Part shown: positions 25,176 through 37,953 of the stretch, piece after piece
How the letters are laid out: each line of letters starts with the position of its first letter
How positions within the stretch are numbered: the stretch's first letter is position 1
From: Amphiscolops sp. MND2022
Lineage: Eukaryota
Length of the DNA: 64,000 nt
Direction: 5' to 3'
Assembly: GCA_964187785.1 (NCBI GenBank)
Contig: OZ076409.1
Span: 71,488,001-71,552,000, forward strand
Notes under the pieces: generated by a model
The model's database searches: none
What the model was told of the DNA's origin: nothing
The model's input: only the letters and a program-made list of their open reading frames with translations
Made by a program: the position numbers and the translations under genes

Positions 25176-28100
25176 GTGGTTGGGGCGTTATTCCCCACGA
25201 AGTTCGCGGCCGCGGGAGACGGGACCCGCGGACCGCCCATCCAATGCAAAAATATACACTCTAAACAGCACCATTATAAACACGATCTCGAAAATGAACC
25301 GTAGGATTGTCTTGAAATTTTGCATACGGATAGAAGCAAAAATTCTAAGAACTTTTTCCTGCTGGCACTTTTCCGAAAAAAACGTCCTTCATGGGTTTTT
25401 TTGGGTTTTTTTGGTTTTTTCTCATCTTTCTCATCTTTGATTAATCAATCACCGAATCAAATGCCATTTTCAGCATGAAGGAATGCACGTAGCGGCAAAG
25501 TGCACTTTTACAAAAATCATCAACGGTCAACGGTCTTTCGAACGGTCTAAAAAAATTTCCCCCCGGGGGCATGCAAAGTGCCGAAAAGTGCCAAAATATT
25601 TTTTTGGTCTGAATCATTTTGATGAAATTGTTGATTTGAGCAGCAGGAACGGTCCGCACGGTCTCGGACCATAAGGTCAAAAATTGTCAGTGAGTTATGG
25701 TGACGTCCAAAATGACATTGGTTGAGCTGTAGGAGGCCTCTGAAAAAATTTGAATTTTTTGAGTCTACAATCCGAGCTGAACTGTTACGTATTATGAACT
25801 TTTCAGTACTATGTTGCCAAAGACCGAGTACAGATAGGTGCATGGGTCAGCCTTATTGAAATGAACATTGGGCACTGGGCTAACGATTGAGTGCAAAAAT
25901 TATAGCCTAGTTGCTGTAGTCGAAGAAAAAAATTCTCAGAAGTGTTACTTTCAATTTGTCATGTTGACTCGGAGTTACAAAAAGATGATTTTCTCGCCAA
26001 CAACGGTCCGAACGGTCTTGGACCATAAGATCAAAAATTGTCAGTGTGCTATGGTGACGCCCAAAAACCCATCGGAACAAGCGTAGGATGCTTCTGAAAA
26101 AATTTCGAATTTTTACCTCGGCCCAAGAGTTATTGTGTTACATCGTAACAACATTTCGTGTATGCATATCTCCTGACAGCGTACAGATAGCATCATGGGT
26201 CACCTTTTTGAAAGTGAACGTGGGCCACTGGTGTACTGCATGGTTATAAAAAATTTAGACTAAGTGCTGCATGGCGTGAATAATATGCCAAGATGTGGTA
26301 TTTACGATATTTTAGCACGACTCGGACTGACAAAAAGCCTATTTCTGCCCCAGCAACGGTCCAAACGGTCATCAAGTATAAGGTCAAAAAATGTCAGTGT
26401 GACATTATGGCGCCTAAAAACCTACCAGAATAATCGTAGGAAGCTTCTGAAAAAATTTTGAATTTTTACGTGGGCCCGAGAGTTATGATGTTGCATCGTA
26501 GCAACATTTCGGGTATGCATATCTCCCTACAGAGTACAGATAGCATCATGGGTCACCTTTTCGAAAAAGAACGTGGGCCACTGGTCTATCGATTGGTTGT
26601 AAAAAGTTTTCAATCACTGCTGCACGGCGTGAATAAAATGCCAATATGGGATATTTAGCATTTTTTTGCACGACTCGGACCTACAAAAGTCTCATTTCTG
26701 CTCCACCAACGGTCCGTACGGTCTTCAACCATAAGGTCAAAAAGTGTCAGTGTGCTATGGTGACGCCCAAAAACCCAACAGTACACTTGTAGAGTGCTTC
26801 CGAAAACTTTTGGAATTTTTAGGTGAGTCCGAGAGTTATAGAGAGTTATGTTGTCACATGGTAACTACATTTCGGGAATGTATATCTCCTGACACAGTAC
26901 AGATACCAACATGGGTCATCTTTTGGAAAGTGAACGTGGGCCACTGGCCTACCGAATGGTGATAAAAAGTTTTCACCAGTTGCTACAGGGAGTGATAAAA
27001 GTGCTTACATAGTTTACATAGCATTTTTTCAGGCGACTCGGACTTACAAAAAGCTCATTTGCTAGCGAACAACGGTCTGTACGGTCTCCACTCAATGGGT
27101 CGAAAATTTTTTGTGGGCTATGGTGACGCTCAAAAACCCATCAGTTTACTTGTGGGATGATTCTATAAAAATTTAGTGTTTTCGTGCAGACTATGTTACA
27201 TATTACATTAGGAACCGTGTTTTTTTCTCACCAAAATCATGTTTTTGAGTGCCCAAAAGCAATTTTTAAAGCCCAGTAGCCACCTAAAATGTTCTTTTGC
27301 ATAACATGGGATGTGAATAACGTCAAGAAAGTGCTCACTATGGATTTGGAGTTATCTCGAAAAAATCAGCTGCCATTAGACGTTACATTACAGAAAATCG
27401 TACCTTACATATCGATTCATGGGTTGAGTCAAAAACAGCTAAAGTTCTTTTTCAGTCAATCAATACTGTTTTTTGTTCACAACCAAGTGTACAGCTGACT
27501 TCGAAGCTATTTTGACCTTCCACAATGGTTATAATGCGATTTTGAGGGACAAAAGGCTTGTTGACAAACAAAATTCCAAGATGAAATTGCTTTCCAAATC
27601 ATTTTTTGAAGTATAGGAACGCCATTTTTTGCCGACAACCATCAAATATCCACTTCTCTTGGCCCAGGGGCTTGTGAAAAATACAACTGAGCCTTGACAA
27701 GGCACATGGACCGTAATTCGAGTAGTCATGTACCACAACATTTGCTAATCGATAGCAACTTTTGTTGAAAATTGATACAACATCACATTTTTGGTGAACT
27801 CGAAATGACAAAATGGAGCTTTACCAGAAACTATTGGCTTTTAGTACAACTCACTGGCACTGTAAGTTACGAAAATACGGTTTACAGTAGTTTCATGCTA
27901 CTTTTTCAGAATCTGAGGTACATAAAAATATCATACTGAATAGACAAATAACTTCAACATCGGAATTTTTCCGGATGTGTCACCACCTTTTTGGTATCAG
28001 CGGTCCTACCAACACTGCTTTTGGTCTAACACTAAACCCAAGGATCAACCAAGATGTATATCAGACTTGTAAAATCAATGCAAGGTCTTTCGACATGTCA

Positions 28101-29909
28101 AAAGTACTGATAAGATGAGAATCTTCTCAAAAATTCATGTTATGTGTCATATTCCATTCCACGTTTTTTAATCGGTGCTTGTCGGTTATAGTATTAACGC
28201 TCAACAACGAGCTTACTGACAAGAAACAACTTGTTAACAGTTATTAAAAGTATGTATAATTCCACCATGCTCGGTCTTGGCAGATTTTTCATCCCATTAG
28301 TTCTTAACGTGTAAATTTTACTTCCCAAAAACCCTATTTTTGTCAGGTCGAAATTCGAATTTTCGTGTTTTGATCAATATTATTGTGTCTGACGTAACCT
28401 GTGGCCTCCAAAATACTCAAAAACAATAGTATGACTGCTATCAAATGCTTCAGTGACATGTGGGGCACGTTAACACGTTTTGGTAAGAAAAATTCCACTT
28501 CGAAGTGAAAATTTGGAAGACACATTGTGTCAATAAAAACTGAATACATGAAAAACGTACCTAACTCCCGTCAATTAGTATTGACGTAGTAACTGTGTTG
28601 CGAATTAGAGGTCTATAGAGTGGTGTATGGGAAAACTGTGGCGCATAAAGCGTTGTTCATAACAAAGTTCTTCCAATAACTACAATTGTGTTTTCAAAAG
28701 TTTCACTATATTTCACATATTCACAGAATGTGATTGATGCTACCTAGTAATGGAAAACCACTGTCGAATGTTCTTTAGTGGACTCAACAGTCCTGAAAAT
28801 CACAGACATACATCACGATTCATAATTATACACTCGAGGCTACACAGTAATTTATTTCCGCTAGTTGCTGATAACTGAATTTCCTGATAGCCTTCCAAGT
28901 TGGCCTTGTGTCAACCTGGGAAGGCTATCAGTACAAAACACAAAGAACACAGCTTGTTGTTGCCTCTAATTTGCTGTTGTTTTCGTTAAGATTTTATGGT
29001 ACCGTTTCTTTATAACATGTGGTTAACATAAGACAATTTCTCTCTGTATGGAACGACATCCATTGATAAGAAAGATTACAGTTTTTAGTTGAAAAAGACC
29101 TTGAAACTACTGCGCAATCCATGTAATTTATCCAAAACGTTCATTCATTTCAATAATTTGCGTCCCATTGAGCGTCACAAACCACTATACCTCCTTTAAC
29201 TGACAGTACAAAGACACATCATCCTTTGACCGTCCACAGACCGAAGGCGTGGCGAGGCACGCCTTGCGAAGACCTTTGGCAAAACAGTACTAACGTCCGT
29301 TCGTGACGCATACGAAAAACTATTTTATTTTCAACAATCGTCATAAAGCATATTTGTTATATCGGCCTTTCGTTACATTTGTGCAATGATACCTTTATCA
29401 GTGAAATATTAAGTTATACATAGGTAACTGCAGTAACTTCGTGATAACCAAAGTGATATCAAAATGTTGTTACATAAATATTTCTGACACAGCGGAATTC
29501 CGAAGTGTCATTAGGCACTTTTTCAGTGCTCGTTAGGAAAGCGAGCACTTTTGCTTGGACCAAACATGCTCGTATCAGACTGGTCATGTGAAGGCAAGTA
29601 ACGGAATCGAAACAATGTTCCTCATCAACTTTTTGGTAGCGTCAGAAACACAATGTTTCCTTTTTAATGTCCCCCAGTTGTTTGTTAGCTTCTGTTCATA
29701 GAGAATTGTTTCTGCGCAGACCAAAATATAGCAAGTTATCCAATACGCCTAATAACGGATTTGCCCCACACAGAACTATCACTTAACATTTTTGTATGTT
29801 GACATCTTTTTACCCCGTTGTTCAACAACTCATGCACCTTCATTTCTTCTTCAACAACTAACTCGCCACCTCCTTGTCGTCTCGTGGTTTGTTTAGCCTC
29901 CAGCGCTAG
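25176..29909 (+). mobile_element. Unit 14, 4734-bp element, largely distinct sequence with its own internal repeat and 3' end
   Basis: Junctions 25171 and 29905. ~25280-25700 resembles units 9/13. ~354-bp internal repeat, type-B palindrome 28884-28931, displaced variant block 29244-29265. Ends TAGCCTCCAGCGCTAG. Confidence 0.68.
25640..27180. repeat. Internal tandem repeat, ~354-bp period, ~4.3 diverged copies
   Basis: AACGGTC..(A/T/C)ACGGTC anchor at 25648, 26002, 26355, 26708 and 27071 (spacings 354, 353, 353, 363). Confidence 0.85.
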
Positions 29910-31183
29910 GTGGCCGCGTCTTTTAGATGGACTTTTATCCTTGAGGCGCGGGTAGGGTCCTGCGCCGAGCTGGTGAAAATATACTACGTCCAAATCGCCC
30001 GTTCCGGAAACGATCTCAAAACTGGCCCGTACGATTTTCCTGAAAATTTGCATGTGGCCCCCAATTGGCGAGCAATGAAAAAGTGTAGAAGGTCGTTTTT
30101 CCCAAATTCCACTGTGAGAGGAGATATATGAAAAAAACGGACCCCAAAATGACGAAATTTTCACTTTTTGACCAAAAATGTGACATTATCTCCTCAGACA
30201 AGGCTCGGAGCAAAATTTGTCAGAACCCAAACCTGCAGCAGACTGTTAGAGCAGTGCACACAGTAAGTTTGAAGGAAATCGGATAATCACATGTTGAGAA
30301 ATTGACGATTTTCCGACAAATTTTTTTGCATTTGCAGTCTATCTCTGCCGTTTTTTGCCCAAAATTTTTTCGAGACCCTCTCCTAAAGACCTCCCCTGGC
30401 CGGTTTACCTCCCAAAAAAACCATTTGGCCCTAAATACGAAGTTTCAGCGTTTTAGCATTCCCCAGTAAAAAGTTATGGGACTTAGAACTTTTTCAAAAA
30501 CTTTCAAAATTTTTCTAAAAAAGTTCAGGCCGCCCAAAGTGAAGAAACTTCCACACAACTAGTATTGCAAGTGAATGCATGTGGAAAGCCCTGCACTTGA
30601 CGAGAAAAAGACTTGTTTAGAACGTCTTTTTATCTTAACTTGATGTTGACTTATGATCTTTTGAGTAGCGTATAACACGTGATCACAGTAGTGAAGATCC
30701 TAATTTTCAATAATTTTCAAACAATAACGCATGAAAAGAACCTGGAAAAGGTTCCGATGGGTCAGTTGGGATGTCTGAAGCAAGTGTACATTCCCGTAGT
30801 GTATAGCGGATGTGTTTGGGACTTATTAGAAATTGTGATATATTTTATACAAGTCTTTGTTTCTCTTAGAATCTTATGCAGTTGAGTACATTCCATCTCC
30901 CTCTCAGGGGAGATGTGAATGTACGTTTGCCAAATGCCTTGTAAAGCTGACATATTTGATGGTTTTAAAATGATTAAACAAGTGTGACTTGCGTTTGCCG
31001 AATCACTGCAGCAAAAAATCTTGAAACTTTAGTGAGATTGAATGCTTTTTGTCTCTAGTGTTTTTTCTTGTGTAGCCGACTTCCACATCCAAATATCAAC
31101 ACCCACCGTCCGTGGGCATGCCGAGGCATGCCCTTCGACGACGTATGCCAAATACCATATGCCACACAGTCTTTCCCCGCTAG
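29910..31183 (+). mobile_element. Unit 15, 1274-bp element
   Basis: Near-identical to unit 6. Junctions 29905 and 31179. Confidence 0.78.
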
Positions 31184-34100
31184 GTGGGCGGGGGTAATTC
31201 CCCAACAAAAAAATCGGCCGGCGGGTCGGGTCCTGCCGGCCGTCCAAAATCAAAATCCTCCTAGTAGAAAACGGCATGTCAAACGAGCTATTTTTTTATT
31301 TAACCATACGAATTTCACCATTTTTTGCATGCGGCCCTGAAATGGCCATACGAGACGAAGTTCCTGCTGACGTTTTGCGATGTAAATGTTTTATAAAAAG
31401 TTATGGCCGATTTGCCATTCACCTAGAAGGGTAAAATGAGGAAAATTTTAACAAAGTCGCTGATAACTCAAAATGTGTTAATTTTTGGACTTTGACTGTG
31501 AAACAAGCTTGGAACCTTCATTTCGTGGCTGGGGCATTGGACTGAACACAAAAGATGTAAAGTTTTTACGTTTTTTGAAAATTCGACATTTTTGAAATTT
31601 TTTTCACTACTATCAGTACCCCATATGTCAAAAACACCTCAGAAAAAAATTTTTATTTTCTTTAAATTGGAAACCTTGGTATCCATGGTTTCTGTCGGAA
31701 CCTACTCGCAGCCAAACACTTAACAGTTTGCATCCAATGTGAAAATAAAATTTTTTTCGGGGTCATAAGCGTTTCACAAGGATTTCTCAACTTAGTATCT
31801 ATTTACAAATTGGTCATTTTGAACACATTATTTTCATCGAAGCGTGTCAGATACCACCCTAATGCTCACGAATGGGCCTACTGGCAACGTTGGAACCATT
31901 TTTAGTAATAGAAAGTATTAAAAAAATATTTTCACCCGGTCTTCAGTCATTTTTCAGACATTCGGTACTTAACTTAGAAAAATTTCGCATCAAAAACCCA
32001 TATTTGGTAGGGTCGAAATTTGAAATTCCGTTTTTTATGCAAAATTATTAACTCTGACGTAACCAGTGGAGCCCATGATACTCAAAATCACGATTGGGAC
32101 TGGTATCAGTGGCTCCAATAACATATGAGCCGCGATAAGACGTTATTCAGAGCAAACGCTCTAAATCGAAGTAAACATCTCTGAAGCCTGGGATCACAGT
32201 GAAATGTGATATCACCAAAAGTTTACTCTTTTTTGTCAATCACTATGTACACAGAGTGCGTAGGGTGAGTTTCAGGACTATAATGAGGTTTTTGAAGTAA
32301 TCGCGCTGCTCAAGGGGTGGTATGAGACTATTTTTTCCCATATACTACTACATTTCCATAAATTTGCAGTCCATTGTCTTGGAAAGATAACTTCACAAAA
32401 ACAATTTTTGTACTCTATTCAGTTATTAGAATAAAGTTGAACACTGTGGTTGATCAGAAATGCTCAATTCTTTTGGTTTTTAAAAAAATTCCTTCGCATT
32501 CGTTACATTTGTGGAAGGAAGGTTATCAGTAGCTCCAAAAAAAAAACGAAATTTAGCACGAACAGACATGCAACGATGCAAAGCAAAAACGTTTTTACAA
32601 CTTCCGACGTCATTATTTTACCCAAGAAGATTGAAAATATCATTCGCAATGCTGTCATTCGCTATATATACGATCGCGGTCAATTTACAAACATTTAGAT
32701 TTCATTGTTCTGCTTGAAAACCAATTTTTGTCAGGTCGAAATTTTAAATTTTGCCTGGGGAGCAATACCCTTCACGCTGAAGTAAACAGTGGGGCCCAAG
32801 TTACTCAAAAACAAGAAAGAGACTGCTACAATATGTCCTAATAACATATGGACCACGATAGTACACTTTTCACATAAAAAACTCTCATCCGAAGTAAATA
32901 TGTTGAAAGCTTTTAATCACCGTGAGAAGTGATTTCATCAAAAAATAACTCTTTTTGTCAATCACTATTTACACAGAATTTGTAAAGTTAGTTTGAGTCA
33001 TGAAATGAGGCTTTACCGTAATATGGGTTGCTCAAGGTGTTATATAAGACAAAAACTTCCTCTTTTCTACTAGCTTCTTCAAATATTTCAACCCTTTGTC
33101 ACAATAAGTTAATATTCAAAATATCTTTGAAATGTATCTTTATGTTGGGGTGAAGTCTAAGAACAATAACTATGATCGAAGAATGCTAGTACTGGTGTTT
33201 GAACCATGTCCGGATGAACAAATCACAAAATCATCAAAAAATTGTTCCCTTTTTTGGTTATTTTGGCAGTACTAAAAATGTTAGCTGATAAATAATTTTT
33301 TCGATGGCACCATTGGATTCCTCTCAAAAAGTTGGTTATATGACCTGTGTAATAACCCCGTATCTTTTCAATTTAAATATATTTAAAAAGCCAACTATTT
33401 TGACCAAAATCCTAAAAATCATACCATTTCCTAAAAATTTTCAAATGCACCCCATTTGACGTATAAGATAAGCACAGAAAACTATCATTTACCGATCAAC
33501 TCTACTCCCATTGTAGATTATTAGAATTTTGTTTAGAATGAATTTTGATGGATATTAAAAAAATTTTGAACCCTCCAAAAATGGGCCAAAATTACACGAA
33601 AAAATTGACCTTAAAATACCAAAATGTCAAAAAATCATCAAAACCACGGCTTCTTGGGGTTCTATCAACTCCGCGTGGTCCACAGAGTATGCTAAAACAG
33701 GATTTACCCGTTTTTGAGCAATATGTGAAAAAGCCGACATTTTTGGGAAAGAAAAACATACCATTTCCTAAAAAAATTCAAATGCACGTAATTTGCCGTA
33801 TTAGAATAGCACAGAAAACTATCACATACCAATCAACTCTACTTTCATTGCAGATGAACAGAATTTTGTTTAGAATAAATTTTACCGGATAATAAAAAAA
33901 TTTGAATCCTTCAAAAATGGGCCAAAATTACACGAAAAAATGGACCTTAAAAATTTAAAATGTCAAAAAATCATCAAAACAACAGCTTCTTGGGGTTCTA
34001 TCAACTCCACGAGGTCCACAGAGTATGCTAAAACAGGTTTTACCCGTTTTTGAGCAATATGTGAAAAAGCCGACATTTTTGGGAGAGAAAAACATACCAT

Positions 34101-35959
34101 TTCCTAAAAAAATTCAAATGCACGCCATTTGCCGTATGAAAATAGCACAGAAAACTATCACATACCAATCAACTCTACTTTCATTGCAGATGAACAGAAT
34201 TTTGTTTAGAATAAATTTTACCGGATAATAAAAAAATTAGATTCCTTCTAAAATGGGCCAAAATTACACGAAAAAATGGACCTTAAAATTTTAAAATGTC
34301 AAAAAATCATCAAAACCACGGCTTCTTGGGGTTCTATCAACTCCACGTGGTCCACAGAGTATGCTTTATAGAGAGAATAAAACCCGGTTTTACCCATCTT
34401 TGAGCAAAATGTGAAAATACCGACATTTTTGGAAAAGAAAAAAATACCATTTTCTAATAAATTTCAAATGCACGCCATTTGCTGTATGAGAATAACACAG
34501 AAAGCTGTCACATACCGATCAACTCTACTTCCATTGTAGATTATCAGAAGTTTGTTTAGAATAAATTTTGATGGTTAATAAAAAAAATTGAATCCATCAA
34601 AAATGGGCCAAAATTACACGAAAAAATTGACCTTAAAATATCAAAATGTCAAAAAATCATCAAAACCACAGTTTCTTGGCGTTCTATCAACTCCATATGA
34701 TACCAAACCAGGTACTGCCAATCGTTTGAGTTATAATAAAAAAACGTCTTTTTTGGCAAGAATTCCATACCATAAATAATAATCATGTTCCATATAAGAA
34801 GCGAATCATTTCAGATATATACCCTGTTCATTTTTTTAATATTACCGATTATTAATTTAATAGATGTTTTGAATGTGAGCTTCCTAAAAGGTTCAGGTGT
34901 GATGTTACGTAAATAGAACCTTAGTTTCATCGAAATCTCAATTGAATATGTCCAATCTTAACCATCAGATAACAAGAAACACTTAAGTACATTCCATCTC
35001 CCCATCGGGGGAGATGAGAATGTACTTTCGAGAAGCCAAATACGTCCAACATTCAAACTTTTGTAACTTTGTATGTAACTCCTGAAACGAAGAAGGAATA
35101 AAATTGTTTCTGGTACATACATGAGTCTTTACTTCAGCTTCTATTTCTGCTGAACAAAACCATTCGACTCTTTTGCCGGAGTTAAGATCGATTGTATTAC
35201 CCAGTGAACAAAGGCATGACTGAAAACGTTTACTACTTTGTTCATAATTTTCCGGCCTTCCGAAATGATGAAACGTCCACATAACTAAGATAGCAAGTGA
35301 ATGACTGCGAAATGCACCTTATTAGATGAGGTAAATAACGTGTAAAACTCTCCTTTATCCTAACATGAGGTTGAGTAATGATCATTTGAGAATAGTTTGA
35401 TATGTGAATACAATAGTATAAAACAAGTACATTTTATATGAATAACGCCGTGGAAAGCGTTCAGAAAGGACAGTAGGCTTGTTTGGAACATGTATGTGTG
35501 GTGTCCCTTGGTGGCGTTCGCTTAGTGTATATGTCGAGGGGTATTCGAGTTGTTATGATAGAATTTACACACAAGTCTTTTGTTTTTTGGTTTTTTTAAA
35601 ATGTCGTTAAGTACCTGCATTCTATCCCCTTCTCAGAGATGACGTGAAGTTACGTTTGCTAAATAAATGTAATCGAAAGATCACACTCCCGACGAAATTA
35701 ACTATCTTAACACGTGTTTAGAATTTTAAATAAACAACCGTATAAGATTTTTATATTTCATTGAGTTTGATGAAGTCTTTTGTTCTTCTCACTACTATTT
35801 CAACCAATACACATATCCGTTACCATATCACATGTCTCCATTAGTACAACGCCACATAGCGTTCCGACGCCCACAGTCTGTGGGCATGCCGAGGCATGCC
35901 CTTCGACGACGTATGGCAAATGGAGCCATGCCCGCCGTCTTTACGGCGGTAGCGGCTAG
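31184..35959 (+). mobile_element. Unit 16, 4776-bp element
   Basis: Junctions 31179 and 35955. Near-identical to units 12/18 after the first ~600 bp. Carries a ~14-bp insertion near 34366. ~336-bp internal repeat ~33420-34710. Confidence 0.78.
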
Positions 35960-37953
35960 GTGGGCGGGGGTAATTCCCCTTCAAAAAATTCGGCCGGCGG
36001 GTTGGGTCCTGCCGGACGTCAAATAGTGTGAAACATCCAGTAGGAAACGGCGACATAAATCAGCGATTTTAAAATTTAACCGTTAGAATTCGGACTTGGA
36101 GTGCATGCGGCCCCAAAATCCCCATACGAATCGAAGTTCCTGCTGACGTTAAGCGATAAAAACACTTTATAAAAAGTTATGGCCCATTTTACGTTCACCT
36201 AGAAGGGTAAAATGAGGAAAATTTTTACAAAGTTGCTGATAACTCAAAACACAATAATATTTGGACTTTGACTGTGAAACAAGCTTAGAACCTTCATTTC
36301 GTGGCTGTGCCATTGCACTGAACACAAAAGATGTAAAGTTTTTACATTTTTTGAAAATTCGACATTTCTGAAATTTTTTTCACTACTATCAGTACCCGAT
36401 ATGTCAAAAACACCTCAGAAAAAAAATTTTATTTGCTTTAAACTGGAAACCTTGGTATCTATGGTTTCTGTCGGAACCTACTCGCTGCCAAACACCCAAC
36501 AGTTTGCATCCAATGTGAAATTAAAAATTTTTTCGAGGTCTTAGGTGTTTCACAAGGATTTCTCAACTTAATTTCAATTTACAAATTGGTCATATTGAAA
36601 ACATTATTTTCATCGAGGCTTGTCAGCTATAGCCTTAATGTTCTAGAACGGTCCCACTGGCAACGTAGGAACCATTTATAGTAATAGAAAGTTTTAAAAA
36701 AATTTTTTCACCCGGTCTTCAGTCATTTTTCAGTCATTCGGAACTTAACTTAGAAAAATTTCGACCAAAATACCCATTTTTTGTCAGGTCGAAAATTCAA
36801 ATTCAGATTTTTAAGCAAAATTATTAACTCTGACGTAACCCATGGGGCTCATGATACTCAAAACAACGATTGACACTGGTATCAATGGCTCCAATAACAT
36901 ATGAGTCGCGATAAGACGTTATTTTGAGCAATACGTCTCAATTGAGGTAAAGATCTCGCAAGCCAGCGATCACTGTGAAATGTGATTTCATAAAAAATTT
37001 ACTCATTTTTGTCAATCACTATGTGCACAGAATGCGTAGGGTGCGTTTCAGCACTATAATGAGGTTTTTGAAGGCATCGAATTGCTCAAAGGATGGTATG
37101 AGACATTTTTGTCGCATATACTACTGTATTTTCCAAAATTTTTAGCCCAATATCTGGAAATACAAACTTGACAAAATACTTTCAACTACTTTATTCAAAG
37201 GTTACAATATAGATGAACACTGTGGTTGATCAGAAACTTTCATCTCTTTTGTTTTCCGAAATATTTCTCTTCGAATGTGTTACTTTTGTAGCCGGGTAAA
37301 AAACCGAAACTGAAAAATACGCAATTTTGCTGAGCTAGAATCACAATGGTTGCGCCTAAAATCTCTTTAAAGATTTCTAACGCAACCTTACGGACCTAAA
37401 ATGATTGAAAATGCCATTCACAATGCTGACATGTGCCCTTTCTACGATCCTGGCTGGACAAGTGTCGCATATTTTTCAAGTACCTGTTAACTGAATTTTG
37501 TGATAGCCTTTCAAGTTGGCCTTGTGTCAACTTGAGAAGGCTGTCACATCAAAAAACTATCAACAAAATTACGTTTCGTTTATGTAATAATGCTGTCAAT
37601 GATTAATTTAGTGATTCTATCCTACCGTTGGTACCTTCCATCAGATCAGATAACGACTGCATTCAGTCTTTGATAAAAACCTATGAACTCGAATACATTT
37701 TTCTGTTTTTTTTTCTAACAGAAAAGTAAAAAATAATAAATTTTTTATTAATAACACCTTTAAGTACTATTACTTTCACACACAATCGTTACCGTGATCA
37801 GCCACACCCACCCCGTGCGGCCTCGCCCTGTTAGTAGTGCAACGCCACATATAAATATCAACGCCCACCGTCTGTGGGCATGCCGAGGCATGCCCTTCGA
37901 CGACGTATGGCAAATTTAGCGTTGCCCGCACTCTGGAGTGCGGTAGCAGCTAG
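35960..37953 (+). mobile_element. Unit 17, 1994-bp element
   Basis: Junctions 35955 and 37949. Type-B palindrome ~37499-37547, terminal hairpin CCGCACTC-TG-GAGTGCGG 37926-37943. Confidence 0.76.

Noticed and set aside
34364..34383. ~14-bp insertion (TATAGAGAGAATAA-like) unique to unit 16
   Set aside because: It is a single small indel, probably a repair scar, and merely explains the 4776 vs ~4762 bp length.
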